From positions 3,484,375-3,548,374 of the forward strand of contig CAWJLW010000006.1 of the NCBI GenBank assembly GCA_963843795.1: a stretch of 64,000 nucleotides of DNA, in the 5' to 3' direction. Origin of the DNA: an uncultured bacterium. Lineage in GTDB: Bacteria > Armatimonadota > Abditibacteriia > Abditibacteriales > Abditibacteriaceae. Positions within the stretch are counted from its first letter, which is position 1, and every line of letters begins with the position of its first letter. Under the pieces are notes generated by a model. The model made no database searches. It was not told where the DNA came from and saw only the letters and a program-made list of their open reading frames with translations. Of this stretch, positions 50,109 through 57,940 are shown in pieces. The position numbers and the translations under genes are program-made.

Positions 50109-51140
50109 CTAAATCACGACATCGCGCAGGAATTGCGTGGCGGCTTCGGGCGCGACGGGATTGATGTAGGTTCCCGTCCCCCATTCGAAACCGGCCACGC
50201 TGGTCAAACGCGGCAGAATGTCGATGTGCCAGCAGAAATCGCTGGCAATGGTTGCCCAACGTGAGCCACTTCCGGGCAACGGCTGCAGGCTGGGGTTGGT
50301 TGAAAGCATCATGTTATAGCTCGGATTGCTCAACGCACCTTTAATGCGTTTCAAATTGCGTTGCAGCGTTTCTCCTAAAACGCGTAATTCGGCTTCGGAT
50401 TGCTGAGTGTAATCGTGATTGTGGCGCTTGGGAAACAATTGCAATTCAAACGGAAAGCGCGATGCGAAGGGCGCCAACACGACGAAATGTTCATTTTCTT
50501 CCACAATGCGCACGTTTTCTTCCAATTCCTGACGCAGCATATCAGCAAAAATTGAGCGATTTTTGTGCTTGTAGAATGCGCGCGCGGCATCCAGTTTTTC
50601 GGTGATCTGTTTGGGCAAGAACGGTAGCGCGATGACTTGCGAGTGCGGGTGTGCGATGGTCGCGCCCGCTGCGGTGCCTTTGTTGCGAAATACCAGAACG
50701 TAACGATAGCGCGGATCTTCTTGGAGCGACCGAATGCGCATCGCGTAGGAAGTTACGACATCGAACATCTCGTCGCTGGTCGCATTGGCCATGTCCCACG
50801 AAGAATCGGTATGTTCGATAATGACTTCGTGCGCGCCGATGCCGTTCATCAAATCGTACATCCCGTGACCGCGAAAATCGGGGTCGCCGGTGCTGGAAAG
50901 CGCTGGAAATTTGTTGGGCACCACGCGCACGCGCCAACCGGGCGAATCGCGTGGCTTATCTTCGGGACGGCCAATTTGCGCCACTTCAGGCGGCGTTTTA
51001 TCCTCGTTGTTGGGCGCAAAGGGCGAAAATGCGCCGGTTGAAGGTTCGATAGAGGGCGGAAAATCGGTGGGACGGCGACCGCGCTCGGTGGCGACGATAA
51101 CCCAGCGGTCGATGATGGGGTCTTTGCGGAGTTCGGACAT
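50109..51140 (-). CDS. galT: GalT-family hexose-1-phosphate nucleotidyltransferase
   Basis: ELRKDPI, VPNKFPAL, GAHEVIIE, HPHSQ, AGFEWGTG. Confidence 0.88.
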   Translation of the reverse strand: MSELRKDPIIDRWVIVATERGRRPTDFPPSIEPSTGAFSPFAPNNEDKTPPEVAQIGRPEDKPRDSPGWRVRVVPNKFPALSSTGDPDFRGHGMYDLMNGIGAHEVIIEHTDSSWDMANATSDEMFDVVTSYAMRIRSLQEDPRYRYVLVFRNKGTAAGATIAHPHSQVIALPFLPKQITEKLDAARAFYKHKNRSIFADMLRQELEENVRIVEENEHFVVLAPFASRFPFELQLFPKRHNHDYTQQSEAELRVLGETLQRNLKRIKGALSNPSYNMMLSTNPSLQPLPGSGSRWATIASDFCWHIDILPRLTSVAGFEWGTGTYINPVAPEAATQFLRDVVI

Positions 51141-51295
51141 AAAGAGATAATTCCTCGAAAATCAGTTTCTATGCGCCTTTTTGCGCGCCGTTAGTATGCT
51201 GCAAGTACTTGCAGCATGGCGGGCACGCGCCGCAATGGGCCGCTTCAATTCCTGATACGTTCCTCATAACACCAAACGAAACTCCGGTTTCGCCG

Positions 51296-52360
51296 TCATT
51301 TACCGCCATATTTTTGTAACATTTGTGAGGCATTGGCTTTGGTAATTTGCTCGGTCGGCAAAACCACTGCTTTGGGCGGCGTTGCGTTTTTCTCCAGAAT
51401 TTGGACCGCGTAATCAATCGCCTGTGCTCCGCCGGTCGGATAAACGTAAGTCGCGTTTAATCGCCCATTTTGCACCGAGAGAATGCCGCCGTCGGGCGTA
51501 GGCAAACCGTCGATGCCCACGAACAGCATCTGGTCCAACTTTTTGCCGGTGTTTTGCGCCGAAATGTAAGCTGCTTCGGCCATCGGATCGTTGTGCGCAT
51601 AAACCACGTTCGCTTTGGGATTGGCCTGCAACATCGTTTGCGAAACCGGAATTGCTTTTTCGCGCAGCCAATCGGCATTTTGCGACGCGATAATTTTGGC
51701 TTTGGGATTGGCTTTTAAACCGGCGCGAAAACCATCGCCGCGTTCTTTGGCTGGTGTGGAACCTTCCAGGCCGCGAATTTCCAAAATGCTGCACGCATCG
51801 GGCTGATTCTTAGTGCACCAATCAGCGACAAACGCGCCGGCTTCTTCGCCGATTTTTTTGTTGTCAGCACCGATCCACATCGTGTATTTATCGCCATTCA
51901 CTTTGCGGTCGAGTAGAATTACCGGCACTTTTTTATCATAGGCTTTGGCGACCACATCGGTCAGCGGCGCGGCTTCATTAGGCGAAACGATCAATAAATC
52001 GACGCCCTGCTGCAAAAAGTTTTCGATATCGGCAATCTGCTTGGTGTTGTTCTGCGCCGCATCAGCAAATACCACTTTCAAATTCGGATGCGTGGCGGCT
52101 GCCGCTTGAATCTGATCGTTCATCGCCTGACGCCACGGTTCGCCCTTGTTCGCCTGCGACATTCCAATCAGATATTTCTTGGTGCCGGCGCTGGTGTTGG
52201 CCTCAGCGCTGTTGCTAGCGCCAGTGCCAGCGCTAGCGCCCGCTGTCGCGCCGTTCGTCTGGGTGGTAGCGGTTTCGCGCGGGCCACAACCCGCAAACAT
52301 TACCGTGCCCATTAATGCGCTGCTCAAAAGCGCAACGCCCGCTCGTGTGCGAATTTTCAT
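51296..52360 (-). CDS. Sugar ABC transporter substrate-binding lipoprotein (RbsB-like)
   Basis: Lipobox FAGC; EPWR, HNDPMA, GIDG. Confidence 0.92.
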   Translation of the reverse strand: MKIRTRAGVALLSSALMGTVMFAGCGPRETATTQTNGATAGASAGTGASNSAEANTSAGTKKYLIGMSQANKGEPWRQAMNDQIQAAAATHPNLKVVFADAAQNNTKQIADIENFLQQGVDLLIVSPNEAAPLTDVVAKAYDKKVPVILLDRKVNGDKYTMWIGADNKKIGEEAGAFVADWCTKNQPDACSILEIRGLEGSTPAKERGDGFRAGLKANPKAKIIASQNADWLREKAIPVSQTMLQANPKANVVYAHNDPMAEAAYISAQNTGKKLDQMLFVGIDGLPTPDGGILSVQNGRLNATYVYPTGGAQAIDYAVQILEKNATPPKAVVLPTEQITKANASQMLQKYGGK

Positions 52361-52383
52361 GATTTTCCTTGATCCAAAATTTC

Positions 52384-54471
52384 TTACCCTTCAATCGGCT
52401 CCAACCGCAAATAATCCAGCCCGAACAGCGCGCCCGCCGACTGGGCGTTGGTCCCATTGACTTTAACCTCAAATTGATTATTTTTATCTTTGAGAGCGAA
52501 AATGCCCAGCTCGATTTCGGGCGTGATTGTCACTTCGGGCGCGTAGAAATCGCGCGGCTCCCCAATTGTGCGCCCATTGATTGACAATTGATGGACGCCG
52601 TAATCGCGCGCTTTGAGAAAGCGACCGAAAACGCGATAGCGTCCGGGGGCGGGCGCATCGAAATTTAAGCGCAGTTCTTCACCAATTTGCAGCAGATCGT
52701 GCCACCACAATTGTTCGCCGCCGCTGAGACCTTCCCACGCTTGAACATTGGCCTTGGCACTTTGCGAACTGTTACTCGCGACGCGCATCGTTTCACCTTC
52801 AATTGCCCCCGCCACTTTGGGTGCGCCTTCATATTCGGGCATGGCAAGTACTTGCAGGTCGCTGGGGCGCAGTGGCGCGAAGCTGTCGGCGGCTCCGGGC
52901 TTGGCATACCAGTAGGCAACGGTCGCGAGGTTGATTTTGGTTTCGACCCAGTGCGACAATTCCATATCGAACTGCATGCTTTGCTCGAAGGGAATGCGGT
53001 CGAAAATATGAAAGCGCACATCGCTGGCGCGGCCCCAGTGACCGCGCCCCGGCCCGCAACTGCCCGGCCCATCGGCGCGCGGTTGTGCGTGATAAGCATG
53101 CGTGAATTCGGTCGTGTCGCACCAGGCATAGCCGAAATAATCTTCGCTGCCAGTGCCAAACCACGATGGGAAACTTTCGCCGTCGACATAAACTTTTTCG
53201 TCGCCTTCGCCCCACCATTTCACGTTGGGATTATCGACCGCATAAGACAAGCCGGCGAAAACGCCCTGACCTTGGGCACCCAACATCGTGAAATCGCGAA
53301 ACGGGCGTGTCGCGATGTCGTGACGCGCGATGAAATTAGCGTGAAAGTGCATCGAATTCGGTGTCCACACATAAGGCTTGGTGCCGAGTTGCCCGTTCAG
53401 CTTTACCGCTTTGGCGCCCATATTCTGCACGCTCACCCGCGCACTGCGCGCAAACGGCATCACCCAGTGGCTCCACATTTCGCCGCCTTCGGTAATGCCC
53501 GAAGGCAGCGCGCTATAAGGATTTTGGCCGGGCGCAGTGCCGAAAAAATCGCCGAGGGGCGCTTCGACGGTTTCTTCGCCATCGAAATTGAAGCGCAACA
53601 CCACGCCGCGTAACGCTTCATCGGAAATATCGGAATTGGTGCGCATCAGAAAATCAGTAATCGCCAGCGCGCCCTTCCATTCACCCAGCGTTTGCGTCGC
53701 GCCCGCAGCCAAATTTAAATCGAACTTGCGCGTTTGGTTCGGCGTGACGCCTTGAGCGCGCGGATTTTCCAAACGCGCGGCGGTGGTTTTAATTTGCGGC
53801 GCGAATTGGTTCAAGTGCGCGCGCTGAAAAGTTTCGACCGGCGTGTTCTTTGGGTAAGTGCGGTAAGCGATGGTGTAATAAATATCGCCGCCATCCATTG
53901 TAATCTTGCACGATTTCGCGTAGGCAATTGGAAAATACAGGTTATGGCCGCGTGCGCGTTCGCCTGCCATCGGCATTGGAAAACCCTGAACTTTGCCATC
54001 CAATAATTCTTTCATCGGCGCTTCGATGGCGGGCGTTATTGCGCCATCGAGATAAACGCGTAAGGTGCCGTCAGGGTTGGCCGACCAGATGCGCACGACA
54101 GCGCCCGGCCCTTGGGCGTCCATCATCACTTTTTCCTGGCGTCCATCGCGCTCTTCGACGCGCAAATACTGCCCATGATCGTTGTTGGCGAACCAATCCC
54201 AGCGCGGAGCATTGGACGTGCGGTCGTAGGACGAAAATTGTTTGGTGGTGTAACTAGCGCTGGGAAATTCGGCCATCGAACCCAAATCGGCCATTTCACT
54301 TAACAGGCTCGCGGTTGTGATTTGGTGCGCTGCAAGTACTTGCGTTTGCACTTGCGCCTGCGCCCTCACGCGTGGCGATTGCGTGTTCGTCCACAACGCG
54401 CCCAACGCACAGCCAAAAACGGTTAGTGCAATGATTCGGCTCGGTGAAACTGTGGGAAATTTTTGATTCAT
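52384..54471 (-). CDS. Exported GH172 (DUF2961) glycoside hydrolase with C-terminal beta-sandwich
   Basis: QFSSYDR, GPGAVVRIW, PLGDFFG, MPF, WWGEGDEK, GTGSEDYFGYAW. Confidence 0.88.
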   Translation of the reverse strand: MNQKFPTVSPSRIIALTVFGCALGALWTNTQSPRVRAQAQVQTQVLAAHQITTASLLSEMADLGSMAEFPSASYTTKQFSSYDRTSNAPRWDWFANNDHGQYLRVEERDGRQEKVMMDAQGPGAVVRIWSANPDGTLRVYLDGAITPAIEAPMKELLDGKVQGFPMPMAGERARGHNLYFPIAYAKSCKITMDGGDIYYTIAYRTYPKNTPVETFQRAHLNQFAPQIKTTAARLENPRAQGVTPNQTRKFDLNLAAGATQTLGEWKGALAITDFLMRTNSDISDEALRGVVLRFNFDGEETVEAPLGDFFGTAPGQNPYSALPSGITEGGEMWSHWVMPFARSARVSVQNMGAKAVKLNGQLGTKPYVWTPNSMHFHANFIARHDIATRPFRDFTMLGAQGQGVFAGLSYAVDNPNVKWWGEGDEKVYVDGESFPSWFGTGSEDYFGYAWCDTTEFTHAYHAQPRADGPGSCGPGRGHWGRASDVRFHIFDRIPFEQSMQFDMELSHWVETKINLATVAYWYAKPGAADSFAPLRPSDLQVLAMPEYEGAPKVAGAIEGETMRVASNSSQSAKANVQAWEGLSGGEQLWWHDLLQIGEELRLNFDAPAPGRYRVFGRFLKARDYGVHQLSINGRTIGEPRDFYAPEVTITPEIELGIFALKDKNNQFEVKVNGTNAQSAGALFGLDYLRLEPIEG

Positions 54472-54478
54472 AACAATT

Positions 54479-55504
54479 TTATTTGCGTTTGCGTTGCAGC
54501 ACGACGGCAAGCACGATGAGAATGCCTTTGAGAATATTTTGATATTCCGCTTGAATGTTGCGCAGGCCCAGAATGTTGTCGAGCACACCCAAAATGAGCG
54601 CGCCGATCATTGAACCGATAATGGTGCCCGCGCCGCCCGCCAGAGAAGTGCCGCCGATGACGACCGCCGCAATCGCGTTCAATTCGTAACCCTGACCCGC
54701 AGTCGGATTGCCTTCATTGGTCAAACCGGCGTGCAGTAGCGCGGCCAAGCCGGACAAAAGTCCGGACGCGGCGAAAACGATAATTTTCACGCGATGAACG
54801 TTCACGCCCGATAGGCGCGCCGCGACTTCGTTGGAACCAACCGCGTAAACGTGGCGCCCGAATCCGGTGCGCCGCAGCACAAACGAAACCAGCGCTCCGA
54901 CCGCGATGAAATACAAAATCGGCACGGGAATTTCAAAGCCCAGCAGGTTCAACTCGCCCGCGAACAACGATTTGAAAAGCGGCGGCGCGTTGCCACCCTC
55001 GCCAAACGCGAGCGGAATGCCCTGACCTTGCGACCACAGCGTCGCGACACCGCGCGCTGCGGTCAGCATCGCCAGAGTTGTGATGAACGATTGAATGCCC
55101 AGTTGCGTTGTGACCAGACCGTTAATCGCACCCGCGCCCGTGCCCAGCAAAAGCATCGCGAGAACGGTTGAAAAAACGCCGAGATTGTGACGCGTCATCA
55201 GCGCGGCAGCGCCCACCGCGCACAAAGCCAAAAGCGAACCGACCGATAAATCGATGCCCGCGGTTAAAATTACCAATGTGAGGCCAACCGCGATGATACC
55301 ATTTTCTGAAGCGAAGCGCGCGATATTGAGCAGGTTGGACGGATCGAGAAAAATGATGCCGCCGTCGGCGCGAATCGGCGAGAAAATTGTGGCCGCGATC
55401 AAGATTGCCACCAGCCCAAAGGCGCTTTGAAAGCGCAACAGGAAACGCCCGGTTTTTGCGCCCGCGCCAAGAGGTTTTTGTTCGTCAATGGAGTTCTGCA
55501 TCAT
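54479..55504 (-). CDS. Sugar ABC transporter permease (RbsC-like)
   Basis: AGIDLSVGS, FITTL, AARLSG, YELNAIAAVVIGG. Confidence 0.94.
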   Translation of the reverse strand: MMQNSIDEQKPLGAGAKTGRFLLRFQSAFGLVAILIAATIFSPIRADGGIIFLDPSNLLNIARFASENGIIAVGLTLVILTAGIDLSVGSLLALCAVGAAALMTRHNLGVFSTVLAMLLLGTGAGAINGLVTTQLGIQSFITTLAMLTAARGVATLWSQGQGIPLAFGEGGNAPPLFKSLFAGELNLLGFEIPVPILYFIAVGALVSFVLRRTGFGRHVYAVGSNEVAARLSGVNVHRVKIIVFAASGLLSGLAALLHAGLTNEGNPTAGQGYELNAIAAVVIGGTSLAGGAGTIIGSMIGALILGVLDNILGLRNIQAEYQNILKGILIVLAVVLQRKRK

Positions 55505-55675
55505 GTCGAGTAAAGCGCTTCGATTGGAAAAGCGTCTAGCAAGTACTTGCGGGAACCAGCACTTGAGAACGCCAAAAGCGGCCGCGCGATAAAGATAAAT
55601 ATGTGGAAAATTGGATGCAACTACTTTAACCAACTCGCGACTGAAATGTTGCGCGTCGAAAGTGAATTCGAAAAA

Positions 55676-57205
55676 TCAGGAAGCGCGGGCGCGTTGAAAC
55701 GCAGTTGCGGCTTCCAAGATGCGCTCTTGCGTGGCCTCTGCCCGCGAAAATTCTGCGGTCAGTCGGCCTTCGCATAACACTAAAACTCGGTCGCACATCG
55801 CCAGCAGTTCGGGCATTTCCGAAGACACCATCAGCACACCGGCGCCGCTTTGCGCCAACTGCGAAATTAAAGCGTAAATTTCGGCCTTGGCGCCGACATC
55901 AATGCCGCGCGTCGGTTCGTCCAGCAGAAGCACTTTTGGCTTGGTGAGCAGGCATTTGGCGATGACAACTTTTTGTTGATTGCCGCCCGATAAATTGCCT
56001 ACTGCAATTGCGCTATTGGGCGCCTTGACGTGCAGTTTTTGCATTGAATCGCGCACTGCAGCAGCTTCTTCTTGGCGTTTCACCAGACCGCCGGAAAGAA
56101 AATTTTCCAGCGCGGCGAGCGTGATGTTGTTCGCGATGGATAAATCGAGCAACAAACTTTGGCCTTTGCGATCTTCAGTGACAAACGCCAGACCGGAATC
56201 CAAAGCCTGACGTGGCGACACCATGCGAATTTCTTGGCCCGCAATGCGAATTGTGCCGCGCACGCGCTGACGGTCGGGCACGCCGAACAAGGTTTCCATT
56301 AGTTCGGTGCGCCCCGCGCCCATTAGGCCGGCCACACCCACAATTTCGCCGCGCCGCAAGGCGAACGAAATTTCGTGCAGCGCGCGTCCGTTGCTGTCAA
56401 TGCCCGCAGCAGCGGGCAACAAGTTCAGGTTTTCGACGCGCAGTATTTCCTCGCCGATACTCGCGTGTTCTTTGGGAAACAGATCGGTCATTTCGCGCCC
56501 GACCATCAACCGAATGAGTGCGCTCGCATTCACGTTTGCAGTGTCGCGCGTTCCGGCGTATTGGCCGTCGCGCAACACGGTAATGCGGTCGCACAAACGA
56601 AAAATTTCGTCCAGCTTGTGCGAAATGTAAATCATTGTCACGCCCTGTTCGCGCAGGGCATCGACGACTTGATACAAACGCTCGATTTCGGGTTCGCTAA
56701 GCGCCGAAGTCGGCTCGTCCAGAATTAACAAACGCGCTTGCAGGGAAAGTGCGCGCGCTACTTCGACCAGTTGTTGTTCGCCCACGCGCAAGGTTTTGAC
56801 GGCGCGATTGGGTGGCAACGGCAGATTTAAGCGTTCGAGAAGCGCACTGGCTTCGCGCTCCATGCGGACGGAATCGAGCGTGCCCCAACGCGTGCGCAGT
56901 TCTCGACCCAGAAAAATGTTCTCCGCAATGGACAGCTCGGGAATCAGGTTCAATTCCTGATGAATAATCGCGATGCCGCGCTTTTCGGCGTCGCGTGGCG
57001 TGCGCGCTTGCAGCGGCTGGCCTTCCCAAAGGATTTGTCCGTCATAATCTGGATACACGCCAGACAAAATTTTCATCAAGGTACTTTTGCCCGCGCCATT
57101 TTCGCCCATCAAAGCGTGCACTTCGCCCTGCTGCACTTCGAAAGAAACCGCGCTCAAAGCCTGCACGCCCGGAAAAGTTTTGCCGACATTACGAAATTCA
57201 AGCAT
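55676..57205 (-). CDS. Sugar ABC transporter ATPase (RbsA-like, tandem NBD)
   Basis: GENGAGKST, LDEPT, LSGGNQQK, LDEPTRGIDVG. Confidence 0.95.
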   Translation of the reverse strand: MLEFRNVGKTFPGVQALSAVSFEVQQGEVHALMGENGAGKSTLMKILSGVYPDYDGQILWEGQPLQARTPRDAEKRGIAIIHQELNLIPELSIAENIFLGRELRTRWGTLDSVRMEREASALLERLNLPLPPNRAVKTLRVGEQQLVEVARALSLQARLLILDEPTSALSEPEIERLYQVVDALREQGVTMIYISHKLDEIFRLCDRITVLRDGQYAGTRDTANVNASALIRLMVGREMTDLFPKEHASIGEEILRVENLNLLPAAAGIDSNGRALHEISFALRRGEIVGVAGLMGAGRTELMETLFGVPDRQRVRGTIRIAGQEIRMVSPRQALDSGLAFVTEDRKGQSLLLDLSIANNITLAALENFLSGGLVKRQEEAAAVRDSMQKLHVKAPNSAIAVGNLSGGNQQKVVIAKCLLTKPKVLLLDEPTRGIDVGAKAEIYALISQLAQSGAGVLMVSSEMPELLAMCDRVLVLCEGRLTAEFSRAEATQERILEAATAFQRARAS

Positions 57206-57271
57206 GGTGTGTAATCGCAAAATAGGATAAGGCGTAGGATACGAAGTTGCGAATGTTTTGACCAGACATTT

Positions 57272-57309
57272 CATCCAGGCTTCTGCAAGTACTTGCAGAA
57301 GCCTGGATG
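57272..57309. repeat. Perfect 38-bp palindrome centred on GCAAGTACTTGC
   Basis: CATCCAGGCTTCTGCAAGTACTTGCAGAAGCCTGGATG. Confidence 0.95.
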
Positions 57310-57327
57310 CGAATCGTTTGAGAGTCG

Positions 57328-57410
57328 AATGTCACACACAAAAATGTCACACACAAAATGTCACACACAAAATGTCACACACAAAATGTCACACACAAAA
57401 TGTCACACAA
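57328..57410. repeat. Tandem repeat, about 6 x 14 bp (AATGTCACACACAA)
   Basis: Read directly; no spacers between units. Confidence 0.95.
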
Positions 57411-57590
57411 ATACAGGGCCGGTTTGCGCGATGCGTGGTTCATTTCGGGCAACTCGCAAGTGCGCTGTACTGATAAAAATGTGCGATTGGACGGTTGATG
57501 TCACGCGTAATTTCACGCGCGATCTCACGCTAGAAGATTGGAACAAAATGTTTCAAATTCGCAGCGGGAAAATCCCATTCGGGTGGGCCG

Positions 57591-57895
57591 GGCGGTTTCA
57601 ACGACGGACACTGACGAGCCGCTTAAGGCTACTTTGCTTGTGAGATGAAGGTGACGTTGGATAAGCCGGTCGCACTGCGCGTGCGCCATTAGGGCGGCGA
57701 CAACAACTGCGGCGGCGCCAACTACGGCGGCGCCAACAACCGTGAATTCGATATTTTGGTCGATGGGTGGTTGTTGCCACGCAGCAACTTAGTGGAAAAC
57801 GTAGCGGCGCGTCGCTGTTCGGCGCGTATCCGTTGCCCCTTGAACTGACGCGTGGCAAAACCGAAATTACGCATGAAGCGCGCTTGCTGCAGTGA
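57591..57895 (+). pseudogene. Decayed fragment resembling the C-terminal (DUF6805-like) domain of GH127/GH146 glycosidases
   Basis: Manual translation GGFNDGH*RAA*GYFACEMKVTLDKPVALRVRH*GGD...REFDILVDG [frameshift] VVATQQLSGKRSG...YPLPLELTRGKTEIT; three stops and one frameshift. Confidence 0.7.
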
Positions 57896-57940
57896 AATTA
57901 TGAACAAATCGCGTTGTAGGTACTTGCAACGCTGAAGACG

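Noticed and set aside
57077..57090. AAGGTACTTTTGC as a motif copy
   Set aside because: Explained by Walker A codons (GKST) of the ABC ATPase; multiple mismatches.
57328..57410. Possible CRISPR array
   Set aside because: Units are 14 bp, contiguous, without unique spacers; no cas genes in the window.
57598..57858. Arg/Cys-rich 86-aa minus-strand ORF
   Set aside because: Antisense to the glycosidase-domain pseudogene; its composition derives from the GGCGGC repeat.
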